This document shows positions 12,149-25,267 of a stretch of 64,000 nt of DNA, one piece after another. Under the pieces are notes generated by a model. That model was not told the DNA's origin. It saw nothing but the letters and a program-made list of their open reading frames with translations, and did no database searches. The stretch covers positions 3,658,001-3,722,000 of the forward strand of contig CM059432.1 of assembly GCA_030390025.1 (NCBI GenBank). Reading direction: 5' to 3'. A program made the translations under genes and the position numbers. This DNA is from Squalus acanthias. Lineage: Eukaryota. Every line of letters begins with the position of its first letter. Position 1 is the first letter of the stretch.

Positions 12149-12940
12149 TTCGTGTCCTCCTCACAGCTTACTTTCCCACCTAGCTTTGTATCGTCAGCAA
12201 ACTTGGATACATTGGACTCAGTCCCATCATCTAAGCCATTGTATTCTATTCCTTTCTCCCTCATGTGCTTATCTAGCTTCCCCTTAAAAGCATCTATACT
12301 ATTGGCCTCAACCACTCCCTGTGGTAGCGAGTTCCACATTCTCACCACTCTCTGGGTAAAGAAGTTTCTCCTGAAATCCTTACTGGATTTATTAGTGACT
12401 ATCTTGTATCCATGACCCCTAGTTTCGGACTCTCTACCACAAGCGGAAACATCTTCACTATATCTACCCTTTCATGATATTAAAGGCCTCTATATGGCGA
12501 CATTTGCAAGGAGTAACAATAGTTAGAGCCTTAACAAATGACATTCACATTTATCTTTTGACGTTCTCTCACTCAAGGATCTTCTTTTTCGATGGAAAAC
12601 ATTTGTTCATCATGAAAACATCTTCATTAGGGAGTCTCACATCCTGATCCCTTACGGAAAAAAAACTCAGCCTATTTCTTTTGTTTTGTTTGAAGTATTG
12701 ACATCATTGGGTTGGAGAAGTTCCTGAGCCTGATAATGTAAGGGAGTAGAATGAACATGCTTAGTGTTAAAGCGAAAGAATCACTGAAGTAAACAGGGTT
12801 ACTGATTTTAGTAACAACTCAACCCCCTCGCACTGTCATTAATTTCTTCAAGTGAGTTCCTTCATCGATGGTCCCATCCCTGACCGCTTAAACCAAAATA
12901 TTTTAAAAGGGAACAGAAATAGAGAGGTTTGGAAGAATGA

Positions 12941-13045
12941 AATAACAACAGAAAACGCTGGCAAAACTCAGCAGGCGAGGCAGCATCCGTGGAGAGAGAA
13001 ACAGAGTTAACGTTTCAGGTCGAAGACCTTTCGTCAGAACTGGAG
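12941..13045 (-). mobile_element. Penelope-like pLTR fragment (family A) with hammerhead motif at 13005-13041
   Basis: Nearly identical to the 3' end of the PLE at 59286-61532. Confidence 0.8.
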
Positions 13046-13595
13046 GTCCCGTTGAAGAGAAGAGCAGAACTTCAAAGAATGTTGGGTTCATTTTTATTTG
13101 GGGTGTTGAAGGAGAGCAGGGGGAGTGGGATGAATGGGACAGCACTTTCCAAGAGCTGGCACAGACATGACGGGCGCCACCTTCTGTGCTGTACGATTCT
13201 GTGATTCTACTGTACAAATGCCTGGTTCCCAGGGACATTCATGTAATATCGGCGGTCCTTTTATATTCAGCGCACTGTTTTCCTATTTCATTCAATTTGC
13301 CTGCTGCTGACACAGTAATAAATACCATTATCCTTTTCTGTTTGTTTGTTGTATTTAATTTACTTGCGGCAATCTTTTGCATTTCTTTTCCAACTTTCTA
13401 AGGAGCATTTCCCTCCCTTGCCACTCAACCGCTCCTCTTGGTGACCTGACTGAGATGGGGAATACATTGTATGAAAGCAGGCAGACATTCTCTCCATGGC
13501 ACAGTGTGTTGTCGCATGCTTAATGAGTCAAATTTGATATTTAAATGTGTTCTGTGTGGCTTGTGGTTATTCATGTGATGGTAAGGGCAGATTCC

Positions 13596-14028
13596 CCCAA
13601 AACCTTTCCACCATCTACAAGGCACAAGTCAGGAGTGTGATGGAATACTCTCCACTTGCCTGGATGAGTGCAGCTCCAACAACACTCAAGAAGCTCGACA
13701 CCATCCAGGACAAAGCAGCCCGCTTGATTGGCACCCCATCCACCACCTTAAACATTCACTCCCTCCACCACCGGCGTACCGTGGCTGCAGTGTGTACCAT
13801 CTACAAGATGCACTGCAGCAACTCGCCAAGGCTTCTTCGGCAGCACCTCCCAAACCCACGGCCTCTACCGTCTAGTAGTACAAAGGCAGCAGGTGCATGG
13901 GAACACCACCACCTCCAAGTTCGACTCCAAGTCACACATCATCCTGACTTGGAAATATATCGCCGATCCTTCATCGTCGCTGGGTCAAAATCCTGGAACT
14001 CCCTCCTTAACAGCACTGTGGGAGTACC
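13596..14028 (+). mobile_element. 3' fragment of a CR1-group LINE ('family B')
   Basis: STIYKAQVRSVMEYSPLAW..LDTIQDKAARLIG; same family as 43554, 45181, 49762, 52196 and probably 56612-61613. Confidence 0.75.
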
Positions 14029-14399
14029 TATGTTTTTTTCATTCTTGTTGCTTCTGAGCAAAGGAAGTTGAAGGCAAATATTTTTTAAGGGCCTGACAAT
14101 TTTTCTCCAGGATTTTGCTCGGAGCAGTGCCCCGGAGATCCATCTTCAATTCCTGGAGACTCCAGCACAATCCTGGCGGAGTGGCGACACAATTCCCGCC
14201 CCTAAAAACGGCTTGAGTTAAAATTCACCACATACTCACCGTACCATAATGGCCACGCGCACATCGCTGCCTCTTACCTAGAGTGCACTGCTCGTAAAGT
14301 TTCTACTAAACTGGAAATATGGTTTATGTTCAAAACAGACGCTGTGATACTTTGCCTTTATTTTTGATCGCCTTGAACGCAGGCCAACAATGAGAGAGC

Positions 14400-14430
<31 letters not shown>

Positions 14431-14903
14431 AGCTTCTGTTCTACGGAGGGCTGGGTATTTTATCAGCATGAACCAATATATCAAACACAATACATAAAGT
14501 CATTATTTAGCAAAATCTAGTCCCTATCATCTGTTATTTCAATATCGTTTTCATCTGAACTCAGAGAAGCATCAGGGTGACTCCTCAGGCGGTTTCTCGC
14601 TGTCTAATGATGACTATAAATCAACGGCTCTTCCACTGTGTCCGAGAAAACAACGTTTGGTTTCAGATCAAGTGACTTACCCTCCTTCCATCTGTCAAGC
14701 AACAACAATTAGTTTTGTGGTACATTTGGCAACTGTTCCAGTGATGTTCACTAATTAGGCTCTTACTTGCGTTCTGTTGCTGTGTTGAGCTTTGTCCTAA
14801 TTACTGGTGTCTGCACAGCTGGGGTTAGTGGTATCTTCAAACTTTATGCTTTGTCCTTGAACGTATTTTACATCCTGATTATTGATAAAAATAAGAAAAA
14901 GAG

Positions 14904-15331
14904 AGACTTGCATTTATACAGCAACTTTCACAGCCTCAGGACGTCTCAAAGCGCTTTACAGCCAATGAAGTACTTTTTGAAGTGTAGTCACTGTTGTAAT
15001 GTAGGAAACACAGCGGTCGATTTGCGCACAGCAAGCTCCCACAAACAGCAATGTGATAAATATTGGCCTAGGACACCGGGGATAACTCCCCTGCTCTTCT
15101 TCGAAATAGTGGCCGTGGGATCTTTTACGTCCACCTGAGAGGGCAGACGGGGCCTCGGTTTAACGTCTCATCCGAAAGACGGCACCTCCGACAGTGCGGC
15201 ACTCGCTCAGCGCTGCACTGGGAGTGTCAGCCTAGATTTTTGTGCTCAAGTCTCATGAAGTGGGACTTGAACCCACAACCTTCTGACGCAGAAGGCGAGA
15301 GAGAGTGCTGCCCACTGAGCCACAGCTGACA
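14904..15331 (-). mobile_element. Deu-domain SINE (SacSINE1-like), near full length
   Basis: tRNA-like head with A box tggctcagtggg and B box ggttcaagtcc, Deu-type core, L2-type tail. Confidence 0.85.
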
Positions 15332-15749
15332 CGTAAGGTGTTGAAGTCTTATTGACAATTTCTAGGTAACAGCAGCCTGGATAATTTGAAGAGGTGCCAA
15401 GACAGTCACGGTCACGGCAGGACCGAGGGGAGCCACAAAACTGACTAACATGTTGCCAAAGCCTTTTTGTACCAAGCCAGGCACCATACTCTTCCAAACC
15501 CTTATGCTGGCATGCACGTGTACCACGCCAGGGACACTGCACTCCCATTTGTGCCCAGGGTTTAATTGTCATCCTTTTTACTGCTGGGGTAACACCTGGG
15601 GGAAATGAGAGGGGTAACTTGGTTTGGCAATGAGGTGACTGATTGATTGGTATATTCAGATGGAATTTGTAACAGTGAATGGTAACAGGCAGATTTTAAA
15701 CCATGTACAGATAAAACCTGCCAATTGCAGATGTACTAATAATAGATAA

Positions 15750-16043
15750 AAAAAACAGAAAATGCTGGAAATACTCAACAGGTCAGACGGCATCTGTGGA
15801 GAGAGCAACAGTTAACGTTTCAGGTCGCTGACCTTTCGTCAGAACTGGAAAAAGTTGGAGATGGAACAGGTTTTTAAGCCGGTGTAGGGGCAGGGAGAGG
15901 GGGGAGGGGAGGTAAGAACAAAAGGGAAGGTCTGTGATAGGGTGGAAGGCAGGAGAGATTAAGAGACAAAAGGGATGATGGTGCAAAGGCGAAAAGGAGA
16001 TGGTGATGGGACAGGTTAAGAAACAAGATGGGTCTAGAAGAGG
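15750..16043 (-). mobile_element. Penelope-like pLTR fragment (family A) with hammerhead motif at 15810-15846
   Basis: 18-bp TSD tgtactaataatagataa at 15732-15749 and 16044-16061; homologous to 61300-61532. Confidence 0.85.
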
Positions 16044-16199
16044 TGTACTAATAATAGATAATGGATCTTATCTCGGTATAAATTGTGGTGGGGGAAAAAA
16101 ATCAAGTGATCAATATAATTTCTTAAAAAAAAATGTTTTCCCTGAGATGTAGAATTTCATGAGTCTTTGTGAAAAATTGTTTCCATTTTTGTTTTTAGT

Positions 16200-17012
16200 A
16201 CGCAGCGCAAATACTGCTATCAAAGAAGTGTGAAGGGATCTGTTTTGGTCGGAAGAATGAGGAGCGGCAATATGAACGGAATGGTACAATTTTAAAGGGG
16301 GTGCAGGAACAGAGAGACCTGGGGGACCACAGACACAAATCATTGAAGGTGGCAGGACAAGGTGAGAAGGCTGTTAGAAAGCACACGGGACCCTTGGCTT
16401 TATTAATAGAGGATTAGAGTACAAAAGCAAGGAAGTTATGCTCAACCTTCATAAAACACTGGTTAGGCCTCAGCAGGAGTATTGTGTCTAATTCTGGGCA
16501 CCGCACTTTAGGAAGGATGTCAAGGCCTTGGAGAGGGTGCGGTAAAGATTTACTAGAACGGTTCCAGGGATGAGGGACTTCAGTTATGTGGAAAGACTGG
16601 AGAAGCTAGGATTGTTCTCCTTGGAGCAGAGAAGGTTAAAGGGGAGATTTAATAGAGGTGTTCAAAATCATGAAGAGTTTTGAAAGGGTAAATAAGGAGA
16701 AAGTGTTTCCACTAGCACGAGGGTCGGTAACCAGAGGACACAGATTTAAGGTGATTGGCAAAAGAACCAGAGGCGACTTGAGGAAACATTTTATTGCACA
16801 GCGAGTTGTTGTGATCTGGAACGTGCTGCCTGAAAGGGCGGTGGAAGCAGATTCAATAGTAACTTTCAAAAGGGAATCGGAAAAATACTTGAAGGGGAAA
16901 AAAATTACAGGGCTCTGGGGAAAGAGCAGGGGGGAGTGGGACTAATTGGAGAGCTCCACCAAAGAGCCGGCACAGGCACAATGGGCCGAATTACTGTATC
17001 ATTCGATGATTC
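16200..17012 (+). mobile_element. CR1 LINE 3' fragment
   Basis: Degenerate ORF2 C-terminus (FKIMK.F.RV..EK.FP..TRGH..) plus 3' UTR. Confidence 0.85.
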
Positions 17013-18304
17013 TAAAGGGTTTCCCAATGGGAATACCCCACTGTGAGTACTGGGAAGCAAAGGAGGACCCTTGAAGCGATGGAGGGCGAGTCAGGAAGCA
17101 GAAGGAGTGCCCTAAGCCCATCTGCGGATACTCACCCATCTGCCTTGGTAGACAGCCCCCTGTCTTGACAGATGATTAGCGCATGTGCACAGGCTCCAAC
17201 TCGCAAGGTGGGCTTGTGAAATCAGCCGTCATAGCGCACATAAGTGTGAAGGATCGACTCATGGCTATGCTGGCCGGTTCTTGGGGAACATCTCGATCAT
17301 TGTATCTGATACTTTCCAGGGTGTTGATTAAAAGAGGACATGCTGGGGCGATTAGCTACAACTACTAAGACGCCCTCAATTATATTTGCTGGCTCTTCAT
17401 AGCTTCTTGGCAGTGGCTATTGCAATCTTAAATTGTTTCACCGTAGTTTGTAATGGCTGAAACTGTTGAAGAACCACATAGAATTACACAGCAACAGGCC
17501 ATTCGGCCCAACAGGTCTATACTCCACACGAGCCTCCTCCCACTCTATGTACTTCATCTCACCCTTATCAGCATAACCTCTATTCCTTTCTACCTCATCC
17601 ACTCGGCCCAACTGGTCTATGCTGGTGTTTATGTTCCACACGAGCCTCCTCCCACCCCTCTTCATCTCTCCCTATCAACATCTATTCCTTTCTCCCTCAT
17701 GTGCTTATCCAGCTTCCCCTTAAATGCATCTGTGCTATTTGCCTCAACCACTCCCTGTGGTAGCGAGTTCCACATTCTCACCACTCTCTGGGTAAAGAAG
17801 TTTCTCCTGAATTCCCTATTGGATTTATTAGTGACTATCTTATACTTATGGCCCCTAGTTTCGGACTCTCTTCCACAAGCGGAAACATCTTCACTATATC
17901 TACCCTTTCATGATATTAAAGGCCTCTATTAGGCCACCCTACTTTTGGCCACAGTTGCAAGGAGTAACAACAGTTTAGAGCCTTAACAATTGACATTCAC
18001 ATTTACCTTTTGACGTTCTCTCACTCAAGGATCTTCTTTTTTTGATGGAAAATATTTGTTCCTCTAGAAAACATCTTCATTAGGGAGTCTCACATCCTGA
18101 TCCTTCAATAAAAAATCTCTGCCCATTTCTGTTGTTTTGTTTGAATCATTGGATTTATTATTGACTATCTTATATTTATGGCCTCTAGTTTTGGTCTCCC
18201 ACACAAGTGGAAACATCTTCTCTACATCTATCCTATTGAAACCCTTTGTAACTTTATAGATCTCTTTTAGGTTTGGTGAATTATCCGTGTCTTTACGTCA
18301 GCTG

Positions 18305-18915
18305 ACAACAACAACAACAACAACTTGTATTTATATAGCGCCTTTAACGTAGTAAAACGTCCCAAGGCGCTGCACAGGAGTATTTTAAGACAACAAATTT
18401 GACACCGAGCCACATAAGGATAAATTAGGGCAGGTGACCAAAAGCTTGGTCAAAGAGGTAGGTTTTAAGGAGCATCTTAAAGGAGGAGAGAGAGGTAGCG
18501 AGGCGGAGAGGTTTAGGGAGGGAATTCCACAGCTTAGGGCCCAGGCAACAGAAGGCACGGCCACCAATGGTTGAGCGATTATAATCAGGGATGCTCAAGA
18601 GGGCAGAATTAGAGGAATGCAGATATCTCGGGGGCTGGGGGGGGGGGAGGTTGTGGGGCTGAAGGAGATTACAGAGATAGGGAGGGGGCGAGGCCAAGGA
18701 GGGATTTGAAAACAACAATGAGAATTTTTAAATCGAGGCGTTGCTTAACCGGGAGCCAAGGAAGGTCAGCGAGCACAGGGGTGATGGGCGAACGGGACTT
18801 GGTGCGAGTTAGGACATGGGCAGCCGAGTGTTGGATCACCTCAAGTTTACATAGGGTGGAATGTGGGAGGCCGGCCAGGAGTGCGTTGGAATAGTCAAGT
18901 CTAGAGGTAACAAAG
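18305..18915 (-). mobile_element. L2 LINE 3' fragment
   Basis: AFVTSRLDYSNALLAGLP..WLPVKQR; (GTT)n tail. Confidence 0.9.
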
Positions 18916-19591
18916 GCTGACGTAGGCACAGGCTGTTCCGTATTCAGAAAGTGTGTCATGGTGACAATTATTTGGACCTGCCCACCCAATAATGGCCTTA
19001 ATCTCCGTTTTCACCACACTTTCAGGACACTTTTCCAGTGACTGATTTATGATCGCCAGAAAGTGCCCATTTCGTTCTGGTAAATGGGCAAAGTGACAAG
19101 AAAAGCAACCAAGGAAATGCAAAAGTCAGTAAGAGGGCAAATGGGTTCAGACAAGGTTGTGCTGCAATAAAATAAAAAGTGCTCAACCCAGTAAATGCAG
19201 TTTTATTGATCAGCTGTAGCAGAACATGAAGTGAAAGGGAGAGAAGAGAGAGGCACAAACACAGATTGATCAAGAACCAAATGAGTAGTGGTGTTGACGG
19301 AGGTGAGGTGTTAAGAATGGGTAAAAATGAGTGAATGAGTGAGTAGCTGGCACCAGGGAACATTCCAATATTTATAACACCCAGTCAATTTTACAACATT
19401 ATGAGGGCAAAGAGGAAGGTACTGGATCTTGAAGGCTGCATATGGAATGAAAGAGTGAATAAAATCAGAGGCACGGTTAAATCGTGTGGATTCATTCAGT
19501 GATGCTTCAAACACTTGGAGAACACGAAGCAATGGTTTGGAAAGCGCGCATTTTGCACGTAAGGTAGGATCAGATCGACATTTAAAAACAG

Positions 19592-20530
19592 TGGCCAGAA
19601 TTTTGCGGGGGGGTCAGCGGGCGCGATCGGTGGCGGGTCGGGTGGGAAAGTGCTTTTTTTTCCCAGCGGGTCGGGACCCCGCTGTGAACCCGCCACCGCA
19701 CGCCTTTCCCCGATGGCGGGTCTGTCAGCGCTGAGCAGACCCGACAGGCAGCAGCGGGGGACCCAATTCAGGTCATTAGTGGCTTGTTTAGAGCCACTTG
19801 AGAATGATTTTCAGCTCACCTGCTGCATTTGACAGCTCGCCCACAGGGTCCACGCTGGTCATGGACCACGTCTGTCAAGCTGAGGCAGGAGTTCACTTAC
19901 TGTTGCTCCAGCTGATTTCTTGACAGCTTCAAATGTACAGTAAAAGCTCCCACCTCACAGAAAGATCTTCCTTCAGCCACAAACTCTTCCTCACTGCATT
20001 TCCACTACAGATTCACCTTGCTGCAAGTCTTTACACAAGTCTCCATCCAATCTGACCTCATTACCTCTCTCACCATTGACAGATCGCTTCTGTCATCTCT
20101 ACTTCACCTGCCAACTATTCCATCAGCATGGGTGCCCTTTACACTCTCTCACTTTGGTCCTCAGAATCCCACCAAGATCAGCCCCAACACCAGCAGCACC
20201 AACAACAGCACCGACCTTCTCTGCAATCACCTGATGCTGCACAGGACACAGGGCATCAGCCCCTGACCACATCGCTGCCCGGGAGGCCAGGGATGGACTC
20301 ACCATGGCCAGATTTACTTCACTTGACGCTGTACACCCTGGCTGCCACATGATGCGGCAGGTTGGCACCACCCCACGCCAACACCATAAAGCATCCCTAC
20401 AATGCCCAAGCCAAGAGTCACTGTGCGGGGTCACTGTGCAGGTGAGGGATCACTGTATGGAGGGTCACTGTGCGGGGGCGGGGGGGGTGGTCACTGTGCG
20501 AGGGGTCGCTGTGCGGGGGAGGGGTCATTA
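19592..20530 (+). mobile_element. PIF/Harbinger derivative with deleted transposase remnant (20128-20325); right end possibly at about 24845
   Basis: ggccagaattttgc end; MGALYTLSLW..Q/H-rich..HIAAREARDGLTMARF remnant parallel to 6419-6640; short ggtcactgtgcgggg tandem repeat at 20416-20528. Confidence 0.6.
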
Positions 20531-20535
20531 CTCCT

Positions 20536-20764
20536 TGACGTAAGAAAACTACTAGGCACTTGGTCTAAGCATTAAACAAAGCTTTAATCAACTGTTTTTC
20601 AACATGGAGGTCTAGTTGTGTCCTTCACTAGTTCCTGTTAAAGAATGTCCTGAGCAAGCTGGGCCCATGCCCGAGTATTTATACTCTCCCGGGACAGCGC
20701 CACCAGCAGGCCACCCAGTATTATTTCATAAGTCATTTCCACATGAATGACAAGATTCATGTCA
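20536..20764 (-). mobile_element. Probable solo LTR
   Basis: TGAC...GTCA termini, 5-bp TSD ctcct/ctccc, minus-strand TATAAATA (20676-20683) and ATTAAA (20583-20588). Confidence 0.55.
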
Positions 20765-20829
20765 CTCCCCGCACTCAGGCCTCCAGTTAAAATAACAGAT
20801 GGCATAATTGGAGTCCAATGTACAAATGT

Positions 20830-23800
20830 AACAACAACAACTTGTATTTATATAGCGCCTTTAACATAGTAAAATGTCCCAAGGCGCTTCACAGGAGTAT
20901 TATAAGACAAAAAATTTGACACTGAGCCACATAAGGATAAATTAGGGCAGGTGACCAAAAGCTTGGTCAAAGAGGTAGGTTTTAAGGGGCGTCTTAAAGG
21001 AGGAGAGAGAGGTAGAGAGACGGAGAGGTTTAGGCAGGGAAATCCAGAGCTTAGGGCCCAGGCAACAGAAGGCAAGGCCACCAATGGTTGAGCAATTATA
21101 ATCCGGGATGCTCAAGAGGGCAGAATTAGAGGAGCGCAGATATCTCGGGGGGGTTGTGGGGCTGAAGGAGATTACAGAGATAGGAAGGGGCGAGGCCACG
21201 GAGGGATTTGAAAACAAAGATGAGAATTTTGAAATCGAGGTGTTGCTTAACCGGGAGCCAATGTAGGTCAGTGAACACAGGGGAGATGGGTGAACAGGAC
21301 TTGGTGCGAGTTAGGACACGGGCAGCCGAGTTTTGGATGACCTCAAGTTTACGCAGGGTAGAACGTGGGAGGCTGGCCCGGAGTGCTTTGGAATAGTCAA
21401 GCCTAGAGGAAACAAAGGCATGGATGGAGGCCTGATGAGGATGAGGGTTTCAGCAGCGGATGAGCTGAGTCAAGGGCGGAGACGGGCGATGTTACGGAGC
21501 TGGAAGTAGGCGGTCTTTGTTATGCTGTGGATATGTGGTCGGAAGCTCATTTCAGGGTCAAATATGACACCAAGGTTGCGAACAGTGTGGTTCAGCCTCA
21601 GACAGATGTTAGGGAGAGGGATGGAGTCAGTGGCTAGGGAACGGAGTTTGTGGCGGGGACCGAAAACAATGGCTCCGGTCTTCCGAATATTTAATTGGAG
21701 AACATTTCTGCTCATCCAGAACTGGATGTCAGACAAGCAGTCTGACAATTTAGAGACCGTGGAGGGGTCGAGAGAAGTGGTGCTGAGGTAGAGCTGGGTG
21801 TCATCAGCGTACATGTGGAAACTGACACTGTGTTTTCGGATGATGTTGCTAAGGGGCAACATGTAGATGAGAAATAGGAGGTGGGACAAGGATAGATCCT
21901 TGGGGGACACCAGAGGTAACGATGCGGGAGTGGGAAGAGAAACCGTTGCAGGTGTATCTCTGGCTACGATTAGATAGATAAGAATGGAACCAGGCAAGTG
22001 CAGTCCCACCCAGCTGGACGACGGTAGAAAAGCTTTGGAGAAGGATGGAGTGGTCAACCATGTCAAAGGCTGCAGACAGGTCGAGAGGGACGAGGAGAGA
22101 TAGTTTACCTTTGTCACAGTCACAAAGGATGTCATTTGTGACTTTGATGAGAGCCGTTTCTGTACTGCGGCAAGGGCAGAAACCTGATTGGAGCGATTCA
22201 TAGAAATATAGAAACATAGAAGATAGGAGCAGGAGTAGGCCATTCGGCCCCTCGAGCCTGCTCCGCCATTCGATGAGATCATGGCTGATCATCCAAACTC
22301 AGTACCCTGTACCTGCCTTCTCCCCATATCCATTGATATCTTTAGCTTTAAGAAATATATCTAACTCATTCTTGAATATATTTAATGACTTGTCCTCAAC
22401 TACCTTCTGTGGTAGAGAATTCCACAGGTTCACCACTCTCTGGGTGAAGAAATTCCTCCTCATTTCTGTCCTAAATGGCTTACCCGTTATCCTTAGATTA
22501 TGACCCCTGGTTCTGGACTCTCCGACCATTGGGAACATTCTTCCTGCATCTAGATTCAAACATGGAATTGCGTAAAAGATGGGCACGGATTTGGGAGGTG
22601 ACAACACATTATGGACTTTGGACAGGAAAGGGAGGTTGGTGATGGGGCGGTAGTTTGCAAGGACGGAGGGGTCAAGGGTTAGTTTTTTGAGGAGAGGGGT
22701 GATGACGGCAGATTTGAGGGAGAGGGGGACAGTACCTGAGGAGAGAGAACCGTTAACAATGTCAGCTAACATGGGAGCCTGAAAAGGAAGTTGGGTTGTC
22801 AGCAGTTTGGTGGGAATAGGGTCGAGGGAGCAGGAAGTGGGTCTCATGGACAAGATGATCGCAAAGAGGTCAAGAGGGGAGATCGGAGAGAAACTGGTGA
22901 AAGATGTGAGTTCAGGGCTAGGGCAGGGGGGAACCTTCGAGGAAGTTTGGCCCGATGGGCTAAGGAAAGAAAGGGAAGTGGCAGAGGCAGCTGAATGAAT
23001 GGTCTTAATCTTAGAAACAAAGAAGTCCATGAACTCCTCACACATGCTGTCAGAGGGGAGGGTGGAGGAGACAGGGGAGAGGGGTTTAAGAAGACGGTTA
23101 GCAGTGGAGAATAGAAGCTGGGGTTTATCTTTGCATTCCAGATTGATCCTGGAATAGTGAGCAATTTTGGCAGACGAAAGTAGGACCCGATAGTGCTTTA
23201 TGTGGACCAGCTAGATCTGGCGGTGAATGGCTAAACCAGTTGTCTGCCATACCCTTGGACTTAAGGGAGCGAAGATGAGAGCTGTACCAGGGGGAGCGAC
23301 CAGGGTGAGAGAGAGTAACTGTTTTAATAGGGACTAGGGCATCAAAGGTGGTGGCGAGGGTGTGGTTGAGCAGATCGGTAGCTGCAGAAATGTCGTGGTG
23401 AATGCAGGGCCAAAGGCTGGACAGTTCGGATTTCATAAGTGCAGTTGTAAGAGAGTTGGGGGAGAGTTTTTTCTATGGGTGGACACAGAAGGAAGTAGGG
23501 TTGGGGGGTGGGGGGCGATGGTGGAAGGGGGATGTGGGTGGAGAGCGATACGAGGAAGTGGTCAGAGATGGCCTTCTCTGCGATTGACACGATGGGAGTA
23601 GCGAGGCCACGAGAGATGGCAAGGTCGAGGGGGTGGCCGTGAATATGGGTTGGGGAGTTTACATGGAGGGAGAGATTAAGGGAGGATAGGAGGTTAGTGA
23701 ACTCAGAGGAGAGAGAGCATGATGAATTGAGATGGAGGTTGAAATCACCGAGGATGAGAAGTGGCTCGGTGCAGAGGCTGAGGGAGGAAAGCAGTGAAGA

Positions 23801-24620
23801 TATCTCGATAATAACATTTTTATCATACTTGGGTGGGCAGCAGAGAACTAAAATTTTAAATGAGAGGTGAGAGGTGGAATAAGGTGCAATGCTCAAAGGA
23901 GGAGAAAGTGTCGGAGGAGTAGGGGGACAGACCAAGGTGTGATTTGGTGATGAGAGCCACACCGCCACCACTGCGGTCTGAGCGGGGCAAGTGGTGGAAG
24001 GTATAGCCGGGCGGGGAGGCTTCATTTAAGGGTAAGGTGTCATCACCCCTCAACCAAGTTCCCGTCAGGGCCATGATGTCGATGCAATCATCCACGATAA
24101 GCTCATGGGTGGCAAGGGCCTTGTTCGCAAGTGAACGGACATTTTGGAGGGAGATGCGGAGAGGGTCGGTGATGGCTGATCCACTGCCAACGTCCACAGG
24201 GTCAGCGCTGGGGGGGATGAGTTGGACGGGGAGGAGATTGGCAAGATTTGCCCCCAGTGGGCGCGCTGGGCGGGAAGGTCGGCGAGAGAGTAGGATGGGA
24301 CAGTTGGGGTTGCTGCTCGTGAGGAGACAGCGACGAGTGCCTCAATGCCCCCTTCGTAGGATGCCAAGAGAGGCACAGAGGGAAGCTGTGGGCTTATCTA
24401 AGAGGGAGTCGAGCCTGGGATGGCGGCAGGAGAGTAGGAAGGTCGAAGAGTAATGAAGGATTGGGGTAGGGATTTGGGAGGGCAGTGTATCCGAGAGAGG
24501 AGAGCTGAAAGGCGGCATGACGACAGGAGAGCGCGGTCAGGGAGGGATAGAGAGAAAAGGAAAAGAGGGGGAAAAAGTGGAAATGTATTGAATGGCTCGG
24601 GTCCGGAGCGGCGGCCAAAA
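20830..24620 (-). mobile_element. Near full-length L2 LINE (APE endonuclease plus RT, frameshifted), interrupted by a CR1 at 22201-22552
   Basis: LQNVRSL..IMALT.TWL, ILGDFN, ISDH (endonuclease); LDLSAAFD, GVPQGS, HMYADDTQLY (RT); (GTT)n tail. Confidence 0.9.
22201..22552 (-). mobile_element. Young CR1 3' fragment
   Basis: TSD gattca at 22195-22200 and 22553-22558; nearly identical to 37213-37560. Confidence 0.9.
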
Positions 24621-24861
24621 TACGCACGCGAATGGACACAGGAAAAGCTCAGGTTACATAGGCCTGTTTAAATGTAGTAAACAACAAGCCTGCCAGCTTG
24701 GTGCAGGTGACTTTTAAATTGCATGTGATCAGAGTCGGGTGGGTAAGGAGTGGGTAAGGCCCCCCCATTCCATGTTAACTGCAAACCCCCATCCCGCCTG
24801 ATTTCTATCGGGCGGGGGGGGGGGGGGGCAGTTAAAATTGGGGCTTTAAACTGCATTACTG

Positions 24862-25232
24862 ATCTGTATCATCGCCCGTCTCCGCCCCTGTCTCAGCCCA
24901 TCTGCTGCTGAAACCCTCATCCGTGCCTTTGTTACCTCCAGACTTGACCGTTCCGACGCTCTCCTGGCCGGCCTCCCACCTTGCACCCTCCGTAAACTTG
25001 AGCTCAACCAATACACTGCTGCCCGTGTCCTAACTCGGACCAAGTCCCGTTCACCCATCACCCCTGTGCTCGCTGACCTAGATTGGCTCCCGGTCCAGCA
25101 ACACCTCAAGTTTAAAATTCTCATCCTTGTTTTCAAATCCCTCCATGGTCTCGCCCCCTCCCTATCTCTGTCACCTCCTCCAGCCCCACAACCCTCCCCG
25201 AGATATCTGCGCTCCTCCAACTCAGACCTCTG
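24862..25232 (+). mobile_element. L2 LINE fragment
   Basis: IARLRPCLSPSAAETLI.AFVTSRLD..LADL.WLPV. Confidence 0.85.
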
Positions 25233-25267
25233 TGGCTCTAGCGAGCCTGGTCTTGGTGCTTCCATAA

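Larger units (their letters stand above)
10190..12240 (-). mobile_element. CR1 LINE 3' fragment, interrupted at 10859-11118 and 11321-12148
   Basis: ORF 10284-10826 LYRALVRPHLEYC..; SKFADDTKLGG at about 12170-12210; (ttcttatg) tail. Confidence 0.9.
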
